Shown one piece after another: positions 54,716 to 64,000 of a DNA stretch of 64,000 nucleotides; position 1 is the stretch's first letter; each line of letters begins with the position of its first letter. The stretch covers positions 2,889 through 66,888 of the forward strand of contig CACNSR010000015.1 in assembly GCA_902623175.1 (NCBI GenBank), written 5' to 3'. The stretch comes from Halieaceae bacterium (GTDB taxonomy: Bacteria > Pseudomonadota > Gammaproteobacteria > Pseudomonadales > Halieaceae). The notes below the pieces were generated by a model. That model ran no database searches. It saw nothing but the letters and a program-made list of their open reading frames with translations, and was not told the DNA's origin. The position numbers and the translations under genes were made by a program.

Positions 54716-55669
54716 ATGTCATCAAAAATGATGGTGTTTACAGGCAACGCCAACCCTGCGCTCGCGCGCAAGGTTGCCGACCGGCTTTACCTTGCGATCG
54801 GCAACGCGGCGGTCAGCAAGTTCTCTGATGGTGAGATCACCGTTGAACTGAATGAGAACGTGCGCGGCAAAGACGTGTTCGTACTGCAGAGCACCTGTCA
54901 CCCCACCAATGACAATATCATCGAGCTACTGCTCATCATCGACGCTCTGCGCCGCGCTTCAGCGGGTCGTATCACGGCTGTGGTGCCCTACTTCGGCTAT
55001 GCCCGTCAGGATCGACGCGTCCGCTCGGCTCGAGTGCCGATTTCCGCCAAAGTGGTCGCGGACACCATGGTGGGTGTGGGTGTAGACCGGGTACTCACCG
55101 TCGACCTGCACGCAGAGCAGATTCAGGGCTTTTTTACCGTGCCGGTAGACAACGTCTACGCCTCTTCGATTCTCAATGCCGATATTGTGCGCTGCGATTA
55201 CGAGAACCTCATCGTCGTGTCACCTGATATTGGCGGCGTGGTGAGAGCTCGGGCGATTGCAAAACAGTTGGACGATGCCGACCTGGCCATTATTGACAAG
55301 CGGCGTCCGCGCGCCAACGAAGCCGAAGTCATGAATTTGATTGGAGACGCAGAAGGCCGAACCGCCATTCTCGTCGACGACATGGTCGACACAGCGGGCA
55401 CCTTATGCACTGCGGCCAACGCACTAAAGGAGCGTGGGGCTTTAAAGGTGGTGTCTTATTGCACCCACGCCGTTTTATCGGGCAAGGCCCTGGAGAACAT
55501 CAACAATTCGCATCTCGACGAATTGGTCGTCACAGACACAATCCCGCTGTCGAGTGAGGCGCAGGCCCTCGGGAAGATCCGGCAGCTGACGATCGCTGAT
55601 TTACTGGCGGAGTCGATTCGTCGAGTCAGCAACGAGGAATCCATTAGCGCACTGTTTGATTTGTCTTAA
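54716..55669 (+). CDS. prs: Ribose-phosphate pyrophosphokinase
   Basis: [26 protein letters not shown]. Confidence 0.98.
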   Translation: MSSKMMVFTGNANPALARKVADRLYLAIGNAAVSKFSDGEITVELNENVRGKDVFVLQSTCHPTNDNIIELLLIIDALRRASAGRITAVVPYFGYARQDRRVRSARVPISAKVVADTMVGVGVDRVLTVDLHAEQIQGFFTVPVDNVYASSILNADIVRCDYENLIVVSPDIGGVVRARAIAKQLDDADLAIIDKRRPRANEAEVMNLIGDAEGRTAILVDDMVDTAGTLCTAANALKERGALKVVSYCTHAVLSGKALENINNSHLDELVVTDTIPLSSEAQALGKIRQLTIADLLAESIRRVSNEESISALFDLS

Positions 55670-55686
55670 GCAGTGTTTCACCCACC

Positions 55687-55717
55687 CACCACCGCATCGG
55701 TCGCAGACACAGTGGTG
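55687..55717 (+). promoter_or_regulatory. Hairpin in the rplY leader (candidate L25 autoregulatory element)
   Basis: CACCAC/GTGGTG stem enclosing GGTCGC just upstream of the SD AAGGAG. Confidence 0.45.
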
Positions 55718-55736
55718 CTAAAAAAGGAGCCAGACC

Positions 55737-56420
55737 ATGTCTGACTTTATTGTTTTTGCAGAGGCGCGAGCCGACAAGGGGAAAGGTGCGAGCCGCCGCC
55801 TGCGTCGTCTCGAGGGTAAAATGCCCGCCGTCATTTATGGGGCGAATAAGCCCGCCCAAAGCCTGACGCTGATCCGCAAAGATTTCGAGCATATGTTGGA
55901 AAACGAAGCATGCTTCAGTTCCATTCTCGAAGTTCAGGTCGGTGGTGAATCTGAAAACGCCATCATCAAGGATATCCAGCGTCACCCCGCAAAAGGCTTT
56001 CCCATGCACGCCGACTTCCTTCGCATCCGCATGGATCAGGCGATTAAGGTGAATGTGCCCCTGCACTTTATTAACGAAGAGCAGTGCGCTGGCGTCAAAC
56101 TTGAGGGTGGCATGATTCAGAAGCAGGCAACGGATATCGAAATTCAGTGTCTACCCAAGGATCTTCCCGAATATCTCGAAGTCGATATGCTCGAGGTCGA
56201 AATGGGTCAGATCGTCCACTTGTCTGACATCACGCTCCCCGGGGGCGTGACCTCTCCCGCGCTGGAACAAGGTGAAGAGTATGACCTTACGATTGCCTCT
56301 GTCGTTGCGCCAAGAGCGGCGAAAGAGCAAGAGGTCGAGGATGTTGAAGCAGACGGCGAAGCCGATGGCGAAGGCGATGGCGATTCAGGTGATGACGCCG
56401 GAGACGGCGGCGAGGACTGA
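55737..56420 (+). CDS. rplY: 50S ribosomal protein L25/Ctc (long form)
   Basis: GKGASRRLR, PAVIYG, Q.HP, HADF.R, acidic tail. Confidence 0.97.
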   Translation: MSDFIVFAEARADKGKGASRRLRRLEGKMPAVIYGANKPAQSLTLIRKDFEHMLENEACFSSILEVQVGGESENAIIKDIQRHPAKGFPMHADFLRIRMDQAIKVNVPLHFINEEQCAGVKLEGGMIQKQATDIEIQCLPKDLPEYLEVDMLEVEMGQIVHLSDITLPGGVTSPALEQGEEYDLTIASVVAPRAAKEQEVEDVEADGEADGEGDGDSGDDAGDGGED

Positions 56421-56427
56421 TTAAGCC

Positions 56428-57036
56428 TTGTCTGCCATCCGGCTCATCGTCGGGCTTGGCAATCCCGGCACACAATACGAAGGCACTCGGCATAATGCCG
56501 GTGCCTTTTTTGTGCGCCGTCTTGCCACACAATTCGGGTTAATGCTAGTCGCGGACCGCAACGCAGTGGGCGAGGTAGCGCGAGGCACTATCGCTGGACA
56601 CGACCTGCGGCTGCTAATTCCCGAGACCTTTATGAACGATAGTGGCCGATCGGTAGCCGCCATGGCGCGCTATTACCGCATCGAGACCGATGCGATTCTG
56701 ATCGCCCACGACGAGCTCGATGTTCCGCCTGGTGAGTCCCGATTCAAGTACGACGGCGGCCACGGTGGGCATAACGGTCTCAGGGATATCATCCCTGCAC
56801 TCGGAGGTCACCGTGACTTCTGGCGATTGCGCATCGGTATCGGCCACCCGGGCTCAGCCAAAAAAGTGTCTGGCTGGGTACTGAGCAAAGCCTCCACCGC
56901 TGATCAGGCCGCCATTGAGGCCAGCACTGCAGCAGCCATCAGTGCGCTGCCACTTTTGCTAGACGGTGAAGACGTAAAAGCCATGACGGCGCTGCACAGC
57001 GAGAGCTATGCCGCACATCCGTCTCAAGAGGATTAA
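56428..57036 (+). CDS. pth: Peptidyl-tRNA hydrolase
   Basis: [33 protein letters not shown]. Confidence 0.97.
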   Translation: MSAIRLIVGLGNPGTQYEGTRHNAGAFFVRRLATQFGLMLVADRNAVGEVARGTIAGHDLRLLIPETFMNDSGRSVAAMARYYRIETDAILIAHDELDVPPGESRFKYDGGHGGHNGLRDIIPALGGHRDFWRLRIGIGHPGSAKKVSGWVLSKASTADQAAIEASTAAAISALPLLLDGEDVKAMTALHSESYAAHPSQED

Positions 57037-57041
57037 TTGGC

Positions 57042-58136
57042 ATGGGAATTCAATGTGGCATCGTCGGTTTACCCAACGTGGGTAAATCCACTTTGTTTAA
57101 TGCGCTCACGCAAGCGGGGATCGACGCGGAGAATTTCCCGTTTTGCACCATCGAACCCAACACAGGCGTTGTGCCCATCCCTGACCCAAGGCAGCGGCAA
57201 ATTGCTGACCTGGTATCCCCCAAGCGGAACATTCCCGCCACCATGGAATTCGTAGATATCGCCGGATTGGTAGCGGGCGCCTCAAAGGGCGAAGGTCTCG
57301 GCAATCAATTTCTGGCAAATATTCGGGAAACCGATGCGATCGCCCATGTCGTGCGTTGCTTCGAAGATCCCAACGTCATTCACGTAGCCAACAAAATTGA
57401 CCCGCTGGCAGACATTGAGACGATCAACACAGAGCTTGCTCTGGCAGATTTGGAGTCATGTGAAAAGCAGCTCTCCAAAGTGGTCCGCACAGCCAAGAGC
57501 GGCGACAAGGAAGCGGTCTCACTGAAGGCACTGCTTGAAGACAAGCTGTTACCCCAGTTGAACGAAGCGCAGCCGGTTCGCGCGCTGAGGCTCGATGACA
57601 ATGACTGGGCTCGCGTTAAAACCTTACACCTATTAACCACCAAGCCGACGATGTATATCGCCAACGTGGCGGAGGATGGCTTCAAGGGCAACCCCCATCT
57701 GGAAGCTGTCAGGGCTCACGCCGCCGCAGAGAATGCAGGCGTCGCAGTGATCTGTAACAAGCTCGAATCCGAAATCATCGAGCTGGATGATGAAGAAAAG
57801 ATCGACTTCCTCGCCGAGATGGGCGTGGAAGAACCGGGGCTTAATCGGGTTATTCGTGCGGGCTATGAGTTACTTAATCTGCAAACCTACTTCACCGCAG
57901 GACCCAATGAAGTTCGTGCCTGGACTATCCGCGTGGGCTCCACCGCGCCGGAAGCCGCCGGGGTCATTCATACCGATTTTCAGAAAGGCTTTATTCGCGC
58001 TGAGGTGATTGGTTTTGAGGACTATGTGACGCATCAGGGCGAACAGGGCGCAAAGGATGCCGGTCGTTGGCGACTGGAAGGCAAGGAATATGTCATTGCG
58101 GATGGCGACATTATCCACTTCCGCTTTAATGTCTGA
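57042..58136 (+). CDS. ychF: Redox-regulated ATPase YchF
   Basis: [28 protein letters not shown]. Confidence 0.98.
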   Translation: MGIQCGIVGLPNVGKSTLFNALTQAGIDAENFPFCTIEPNTGVVPIPDPRQRQIADLVSPKRNIPATMEFVDIAGLVAGASKGEGLGNQFLANIRETDAIAHVVRCFEDPNVIHVANKIDPLADIETINTELALADLESCEKQLSKVVRTAKSGDKEAVSLKALLEDKLLPQLNEAQPVRALRLDDNDWARVKTLHLLTTKPTMYIANVAEDGFKGNPHLEAVRAHAAAENAGVAVICNKLESEIIELDDEEKIDFLAEMGVEEPGLNRVIRAGYELLNLQTYFTAGPNEVRAWTIRVGSTAPEAAGVIHTDFQKGFIRAEVIGFEDYVTHQGEQGAKDAGRWRLEGKEYVIADGDIIHFRFNV

Positions 58137-58137
58137 C

Positions 58138-59658
58138 CTAGCTTGTGATAAGCGCGCGGCTAATCGCCGCCCGCGTCTCCTCAGGCTGAATCACCGCGTC
58201 AATTTCGAGATAACTGGCGGCCTCTACTGCACGCCCTTTGTCATACATCTCGGCTAGTAACTTGTCATACAAGGCCTGGCGCGCTCCCTCATTAGGCGCC
58301 TCGGCAAGTTCCTGACGAAAGCCCAGATGAACGGCCCCCTCTAAACCCATGGCACCAAACTCACCCTGCGGCCAGCTCACAGCATAACGCGGTACCTCGA
58401 AGGATCCGCCGGTCATCGCCATGGCACCGAGCCCATAAGCACGGCGCAAAAAGATGGCGATAATAGGTTGGGTCAGCGTGGCGCCTGCAATAAAGAGATC
58501 CGACATCAACCTCGGTGCACCCCCGGCCTCGCTTTCAGGGCCAACCATAAATCCGGGCGTATCAATCAGAGACACTACTGGCAGGCGCCATCTTTCCGCC
58601 AGCTGATAAAGGGCCGCCGCCTTGGTGGCAGACTCACCATCAATCGCGCCACCCAGATGACGACAGTCACTCGCGAGTACTGCGACGGCACGACCCTCGA
58701 CCCGAGCGAGACCTGTGATAATTGCGCGACCCATGCCCGGTCGCGTCTCGATGAAGGACTCCGTATCGAAGAGATGTCGGATAATCTTGCGGACGTCGAA
58801 GGCATAGCGGCGATTAGTGGGCATCAGTTCGGCCAACTCTGACTGATCAGCTGCCTGCCAGTCCGCCATTGAGCCCTGTACACAGGCGAGCACACGTTTC
58901 GCCATCAGTGTCGCCTCGGCCTCGTCGGTAACCGCAATATCCACCACCCCGTTTTCGCGATGGACTGAGACCGGACCAATGTCCTGCGGCTGCCAGCTAC
59001 CTAGGCCACCGCCCTCGATCATCGCCGGTCCCGCCATACCAATACAGCTCGCCTCGGTGGCAATCCGAAGATCTGCAGCACCAAACAGCGCCGCGTTGCC
59101 GGCAAAACAGTAGCCATGATTAACAGCTATGCGGGGTGTCCGCCCTGCCAATGCCGCCCAGCGATGAAAGGTTGGTACGTTCAGCCCCGCCATCGACACC
59201 CACACATCGGTATCACCCGGTCGACCACCTCCGCCCTCCGTGTACATCACGATGGGCAAGTCATCCCGCTCAGAGATCTCCAGCAGCCGATCAATTTTGC
59301 GGTGATGGAAGTATCCCTGAGTGCCGGCTAGCACCGTGTAATCATTAATGATCAGCGCCGTTTGGCTCTGCTCAATAGGAAAAAGCTCAGCGTTGACGGC
59401 GCCGACCGCCGTGATCACGGCATCCGCGGCGGTCTCTGCGTACAGCGCGTCACCCTCGCGCCGCGTCCGCTGGGCCGCAACCGCCAACTGACCGTACTCC
59501 GACACGGCGCCGCCATCGGTGAGATCAGCGAGGTTCTCCCGCGCAGTGCGCCCCCCGCGAGCATGCCGCTTAGCAACCGCCGCGGCGCGCGCCTCGTCAG
59601 TCGTCTTCGCCAGTCTGCCCTGTAACCCGGCGTAGGGGTCGTTTTGTTGTTCACTCAT
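58138..59658 (-). CDS. Stand-alone acyl-CoA carboxyltransferase-domain protein
   Basis: ARE.L..L, DYTVLAGTQG, EGGGGRPGD, DTPGFMVG, RAYGLG..AM. Confidence 0.88.
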   Translation of the reverse strand: MSEQQNDPYAGLQGRLAKTTDEARAAAVAKRHARGGRTARENLADLTDGGAVSEYGQLAVAAQRTRREGDALYAETAADAVITAVGAVNAELFPIEQSQTALIINDYTVLAGTQGYFHHRKIDRLLEISERDDLPIVMYTEGGGGRPGDTDVWVSMAGLNVPTFHRWAALAGRTPRIAVNHGYCFAGNAALFGAADLRIATEASCIGMAGPAMIEGGGLGSWQPQDIGPVSVHRENGVVDIAVTDEAEATLMAKRVLACVQGSMADWQAADQSELAELMPTNRRYAFDVRKIIRHLFDTESFIETRPGMGRAIITGLARVEGRAVAVLASDCRHLGGAIDGESATKAAALYQLAERWRLPVVSLIDTPGFMVGPESEAGGAPRLMSDLFIAGATLTQPIIAIFLRRAYGLGAMAMTGGSFEVPRYAVSWPQGEFGAMGLEGAVHLGFRQELAEAPNEGARQALYDKLLAEMYDKGRAVEAASYLEIDAVIQPEETRAAISRALITS

Positions 59659-59724
59659 GGGGGGCTGTCTATCCGGTTAGCGAGCGGTTCCAGTCACCAC
59701 AGGTGAGCTGAAACGGCTGACTGG

Positions 59725-59761
59725 TTGACTTCAATCAAGGAGTTTTGCAGAATCGCGCGCC
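59725..59761 (+). promoter_or_regulatory. Stable-RNA-type sigma70 promoter of tRNA-Met
   Basis: TTGACT-N17-CAGAAT-CGCGCGCC. Confidence 0.75.
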
Positions 59762-59779
59762 TTAAAGATTTCCTTATGT

Positions 59780-59856
59780 GGCTACGTAGCTCAGCTGGTT
59801 AGAGCACAGCATTCATAATGCTGGGGTCGGTGGTTCAAGTCCACCCGTAGCTACCA
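59780..59856 (+). tRNA. tRNA-Met elongator (CAT)
   Basis: GGCTACG acceptor, CAGCA-TTCATAA-TGCTG, GGTTCAAGTCC, ACCA end; 77 nt. Confidence 0.96.
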
Positions 59857-60170
59857 TCCCTTCCCACTTTACCCGTTACGATTTGCCGGTAGACGTATCG
59901 TCCAAAGGGGCCTTGCGTTTATTGGGTAACAAGATTCTCTTCTCGAGGCCATCCACTCCCGTTTCACGGTAAGTGAACAACTTCGGCGCCAACCAGCCGC
60001 GTAACCGGTTTGTATGGTCATTTTCAGTCGAAACTTTTAGTTTAAGGTGGCATCTTACCTGATCAGGGTGTACCGCTTGGTCGTCTATCAGACCTTACAA
60101 ACCATACCCGCTGACACCCGCGCGAATCAATGGTGGGCCGCATCAGGCAAGGCATTACAGGGAGAAACCC

Positions 60171-60875
60171 ATGAACGACTTCGATCCCCTCGCCGCATTG
60201 AGCCATATCCATGCGAAGCGGGGATATCTGCTGCCCCACCACGGCCTGATGGCGATTTCGACGCCGCATCTGCTGGAGCGTTACGACTCACTCTACTCCG
60301 CGCTTGCACTTGAGGAAAGACATCTCAGCCGCCTCGCCCACGAGTTTGTGTGGCTAGGTGTGTTGATCAGTTGCGAGGAATCCTTGGGCAGCCATCACGT
60401 GAAACGTTTCTTGGATGCCGGTGGCGATGCCGCGCATCTTGGCCTCGCCACCGCAATCAGCGCCATAGCTAAAGGCAGCGACGGCTATCTGTTTGTTGAA
60501 GATCATTGGGTGCCCTATCTCGGCACTGCCAACCCACGCGAGCAATATCTCGCCGCGTTTGCACAGCTGACCGGCCCCGTCCTTCCCGCATTGGCACACA
60601 TGACAGCCTGTGCGGTGCATACCTGTTCGGGTAACTGGCGAGCTCTCAAGTGGCAAATTGAGGCGGCCTATCAGGCTGGGGTGAACGAATGGGAATTGGC
60701 TGAAGCACTGTCGCTCGCTATGTTCCCTGGCAGCGTGCCTCACTATGTGCGCGCCGCGGAGGTCTGGCGACAGCTGATCGTTGAGGGCGCCGTGCCGGCA
60801 AGCGATCTATTCAAACAGTGGGCGGAGATCAGCGGTCAAGGCGGCTATGATGAGGCGTCTGGGGTCAAAGACTGA
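60171..60875 (+). CDS. Carboxymuconolactone decarboxylase/AhpD-like protein with two CMD-type halves
   Basis: Y.........L....E...L and H...A...G....ELAEA patterns; SD GGAG. Confidence 0.65.
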   Translation: MNDFDPLAALSHIHAKRGYLLPHHGLMAISTPHLLERYDSLYSALALEERHLSRLAHEFVWLGVLISCEESLGSHHVKRFLDAGGDAAHLGLATAISAIAKGSDGYLFVEDHWVPYLGTANPREQYLAAFAQLTGPVLPALAHMTACAVHTCSGNWRALKWQIEAAYQAGVNEWELAEALSLAMFPGSVPHYVRAAEVWRQLIVEGAVPASDLFKQWAEISGQGGYDEASGVKD

Positions 60876-60931
60876 ACAACCCGCAACTCACATCGTTCAT
60901 TCGCTGAAACTAAAAATTTGGAGAAGTCATT

Positions 60932-61288
60932 ATGTCTCGAGTTGTCGTAGCAGGAATTGTCGAGTTCCCGCCCGAGGTGCGCGACGAAGCGCTCATTAAA
61001 GGTAAGGAACTCATCGAGGGCGCTTACACCGAGAATGGCTGCATTCATTATCTCTGGACCGCTGACCTCAACCACCCCGGTCGCGTGGTCGTCTACGAGG
61101 AGTGGGAAAGCGGGGCTGACTTGGAGGCCCACCTGAAAGGTGAGTGGTACCTGAATATGTTCGGGCACCTTGCGCAATACAAGATACTTAATGCGGAGAC
61201 CAATAAGTTTCGGGTTGAAATCAAAGAGCCGGTCTATGGCGAGGACGGCGTCGCGACCGGATACTTTTCAGACGAAGCCAGGGCTTAA
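60932..61288 (+). CDS. ABM-family (putative quinol) monooxygenase
   Basis: E.GC..Y, VYEEWES...L.AH; SD GGAG. Confidence 0.85.
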   Translation: MSRVVVAGIVEFPPEVRDEALIKGKELIEGAYTENGCIHYLWTADLNHPGRVVVYEEWESGADLEAHLKGEWYLNMFGHLAQYKILNAETNKFRVEIKEPVYGEDGVATGYFSDEARA

Positions 61289-61323
61289 GTCCTTCCTATT
61301 ACGGGAGCCTAAACGAGTGGTTA

Positions 61324-61503
61324 AATAGCGCGCGGGGGGGACCGCAGTGAACTATCAGGGACTTTACCGCGACACCTTGGCCTGAGGTTGGCTTTTACTT
61401 GCGGGAGTTTCCTGCCTATTCCAAGACTTAATTTTTCGATAGATCGTTGAGAGCGCCACCTGCGGATATCCACGACGGCTACCCAGGCGAAGCCTGCGCC
61501 TCT
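61324..61503 (-). ncRNA. Candidate structured non-coding RNA, family not assigned
   Basis: Dense nested helices whose wobbles are G-U only on the minus strand, a GAAA-capped hairpin and a loop-loop complementarity, in a convergent intergenic gap. Confidence 0.5.
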
Positions 61504-61521
61504 GAGGATTGGTCTCACTCT

Positions 61522-62568
61522 TTACTGAACAGAAAGTACCCGCTTTTGGTCAGTCTGGGCGTGGATCCAGTAAAGCACTGCTGTCAGCAACAGCACCGCG
61601 CCGACCTGATGGGTCGCCGCCATGGGGATCGCTACTTGCGTTAGCACTGTGCCGATACCCAGAGCTACTTGGAACGTGAGCGCAACCAACATCAGCCAGG
61701 CACCTCGCCTGACGCGGGGATGCTCACTGGTTCGCAAAGATTGCACGCTCAGCACCAGCACAAGGAGCGTCATGGCATAGGCGAGCATGCGATGGTTGAA
61801 GTGAATGGTGGCGACTCCTTCAAAAGTGGCCTGCCAGCCCTCGGCGTAATAGCCCATGGGCACAAACGTCTCGCCCATCATCGGCCAAGTCGGGTAGGCA
61901 AAGCCCGCATCCGTACCGGCCATAAATCCGCCGGACAAAATTAGTGTGTAAACCCCAACAACCAGCACCCAGCCCCAGCCTCTGATGTGCCTCAGCGCTG
62001 GCGAGAGGCCTGAGCTGACACGCAATACCAACCACATCATCAGTGCATAGATGGCGACCGCGACGCCGAGGTGTGCCGTCAGCCGGTATTGCGACACAGA
62101 GGGTCGGTCAACCAGACCGCTCTTGACCATGTACCACCCGAGCAAGCCCTGCGCGGCACCCAAAGTTAACAACAGAATCAGTGTCGGCAGGAGTTGTGGT
62201 GCAATCATCTTCCGCAGCGCAAAGATCAACAGAGGAACGAAATACATTAGGCCAATGAGGCGGCCCAGCACGCGGTGCAGATACTCAAACCAGAAGATCT
62301 GTTTGAATCCGGCGAGATCCATACCGTGATTAATTTTTTGATACTCCGGGTACTGCTGATATTCGGCAAAGGTGGCCAACCACTGTGCCTCGGTCAGTGG
62401 CGGTATGACGCCCATGATCGGTCGCCAGTCCACCATCGAGAGGCCGGACTCAGTGAGTCGGGTCACCCCTCCGAGCAGAATCATGCCCAAAATCGTCGCG
62501 GCGCAGACCGCCAGCCAGAGTGCTATCCAGCGCGAATTCACCTGCGCGTCTATTGTCGCCGTCGTCAT
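61522..62568 (-). CDS. ctaA: Heme A synthase (Cox15/CtaA type 2)
   Basis: GG.TRLT.SGLS, EY.HR..GR, GW.MV.SG, RL..HL, HR, HQ. Confidence 0.93.
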   Translation of the reverse strand: MTTATIDAQVNSRWIALWLAVCAATILGMILLGGVTRLTESGLSMVDWRPIMGVIPPLTEAQWLATFAEYQQYPEYQKINHGMDLAGFKQIFWFEYLHRVLGRLIGLMYFVPLLIFALRKMIAPQLLPTLILLLTLGAAQGLLGWYMVKSGLVDRPSVSQYRLTAHLGVAVAIYALMMWLVLRVSSGLSPALRHIRGWGWVLVVGVYTLILSGGFMAGTDAGFAYPTWPMMGETFVPMGYYAEGWQATFEGVATIHFNHRMLAYAMTLLVLVLSVQSLRTSEHPRVRRGAWLMLVALTFQVALGIGTVLTQVAIPMAATHQVGAVLLLTAVLYWIHAQTDQKRVLSVQ

Positions 62569-62654
62569 GTTGTTATCCCCCAATCCCGATATTCTACTAG
62601 ATCCGCGCAAGGGTTGTTTTCTATCCTAAACTTGCTGCCCTTAGGAGAACATCC

Positions 62655-64000
62655 ATGCCCTACATCCGCCTCGATCAGATCGAGTTAAGCATCGGTAGCC
62701 AGGTATTACTGGACAAGGTTAGCCTAACACTGGATAAAGGCGAGCGGCTGGGCCTCCTCGGCCGGAACGGCGCGGGCAAATCGACGCTGATGCGTATCCT
62801 GTCTGGCGAGTTGTCCGCGGAGGACGGCGAGCGCTGGGTAGAACCCAATATCACAGTGGCGCGTCTTGAGCAGGCGCTACCTGAGCATCTCGAGACCAGC
62901 GTGTTTGATTACGTCGCCACGGGACTGGCAGAGACCGGGGCGCTACTGTCGCGCTATCACGCCCTGGCAGCAGATGGCTCTGCGGCGGCGCTGGAAGAGC
63001 TAAGCCAGATTCAGGCCAAGCTGGAACATCTCGATGGATGGACCATGGAACGGCGAATCAAGCGGGTGCTGCAGCAGCTAGACCTGCAGGCCGATGATCC
63101 GTTGGCGACTTTGTCGGGAGGGTGGCGCCGGCGTGCAGCACTGGCGCGGGCATTGGTGACAGAGCCCGACGTACTGCTTCTGGACGAACCGACCAACCAT
63201 CTCGATATCCCCTCGATCGATTGGCTAGAGCGGCAAGTTAATAGCTTCGAGGGCGCCATCGTCCTCATTACGCACGACCGGCGTTTTCTGCAGCGCGTTT
63301 GTAATCGTATTGGCGAACTCGACAGGGGTCATCTCTCGCTGTGGCAAGCCGACTACGCCAAATTCCTGGTGCTGAGAGGGCAACAGGCTGAAGCCGAGGC
63401 GCGAGCTGATGCGCTCTTTGACAAAAAGCTGGCGCAGGAGGAGACGTGGATCCGGCAAGGGATTAAAGCTCGCCGGACACGCAATGAAGGCCGGGTCAGG
63501 GCACTTAAGGCCATGCGCGAAGAACGCTCGCAACGCCGGTTAGCGCAAGGCAAAGGCAGCTTCAAGCTGGAGGAAGCCAACCGTTCGGGACGCCGCGTTG
63601 CCGAAGCGCGAGGTATCACCTTCTGCTATGGCAACGAGACGGTGGTGGACGACTTCTCCACTATTATCCAGCGCGGCGATCGGGTGGGCATTGTGGGTAG
63701 CAATGGTGTCGGTAAGACCACCGTGATCAAGCTCTTATTGGGTGAACTCACACCGGACAAGGGCGATGTGCTGCTCGGCACCCAGTTAGAGATCGCCTAC
63801 TCCGATCAACTGCGCGGCGAACTCGACCCAGAAAAAGATCTGATCGACAACATCTGCGGCGGACAGCAGTTCGTTGAAATCAACGGTCAGCGCCGGCACG
63901 CCATTACCTACCTTGGCGATTTCTTGTTTGCTCCAGATCGCATTCGAACCCCCGTCAAAGCATTATCCGGCGGTGAGATCAATCGCGCGATTCTGGCGCG
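62655..64000 (+). CDS. uup: ABC-F ATPase Uup (runs off window)
   Basis: SD AGGAG, MPYIRL...GRNGAGKST, LSGGWRRR, LDEPTNHLD, EE.WIRQGIKARRTRNEGRVRAL, second Walker A. Confidence 0.93.
   Translation, partial: MPYIRLDQIELSIGSQVLLDKVSLTLDKGERLGLLGRNGAGKSTLMRILSGELSAEDGERWVEPNITVARLEQALPEHLETSVFDYVATGLAETGALLSRYHALAADGSAAALEELSQIQAKLEHLDGWTMERRIKRVLQQLDLQADDPLATLSGGWRRRAALARALVTEPDVLLLDEPTNHLDIPSIDWLERQVNSFEGAIVLITHDRRFLQRVCNRIGELDRGHLSLWQADYAKFLVLRGQQAEAEARADALFDKKLAQEETWIRQGIKARRTRNEGRVRALKAMREERSQRRLAQGKGSFKLEEANRSGRRVAEARGITFCYGNETVVDDFSTIIQRGDRVGIVGSNGVGKTTVIKLLLGELTPDKGDVLLGTQLEIAYSDQLRGELDPEKDLIDNICGGQQFVEINGQRRHAITYLGDFLFAPDRIRTPVKALSGGEINRAILA

Noticed and set aside
56330-56420. GGCGA-rich quasi-repeats at the end of rplY
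   Set aside because: Explained by the low-complexity acidic Gly/Asp/Glu tail typical of Ctc proteins.
60050-60120. TPP riboswitch-like words ACCTGATCAGG and ATACCCG
   Set aside because: They are in the wrong order and there is no CTGAGA core.
60047-60313. 88-aa ORF and neighbouring short ORFs
   Set aside because: They overlap the better-supported 60171-60875 gene out of frame and show no recognisable motifs.
61445-61505. Lysine or SAH riboswitch resemblance (AGAGGCGC...GCGCTCT)
   Set aside because: Far too short, lacks the remaining conserved elements, and no gene lies downstream in that orientation.
59780-61520. Integrative element at tRNA-Met
   Set aside because: No integrase, and I saw no duplicated tRNA 3' end in the window.

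Overview
Core-chromosome segment of a moderately GC-rich gammaproteobacterium. Pseudomonas-like gene order, GatCAB, short HisG and a fused bc1 gene suggest a marine Cellvibrionales/Halieaceae-type organism (inference). It runs through the start of the dcw cluster (mraZ-rsmH-ftsL-ftsI-murE-murF'), rnpB, rsmI/lpoA-yraN-gmhA-like-dolP, sspAB, petA with a fused cytochrome b/c1 gene, rplM-rpsI, zapE/zapG, hisG-hisD, murA, an orphan mlaC, kdsDC-lptCAB-rpoN-hpf-ptsN-rapZ-npr, mgtE, yhdP-maf-mreBCD, gatCAB, hemA-prfA-prmC, lolB-ispE-tRNA-Gln-prs-rplY-pth-ychF, tRNA-Met, heme A synthase and uup'. I see no mobile elements, CRISPR arrays or defence systems. The main unexplained signals are: (1) a ~180-nt, two-domain, possibly pseudoknotted minus-strand RNA candidate at 61324-61503; (2) a rod-like fold-back at 59984-60140; (3) the cytochrome b-c1 polyprotein; (4) an amber-interrupted yraN next to a catalytically eroded GmhA/DiaA homologue; (5) a probable AUU start for mreC; (6) absence of mlaFED/mlaB, rng, nit-tldD/pmbA and hisC from their usual positions. 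All structures and motifs were read by eye; no searches or folding programs were run.
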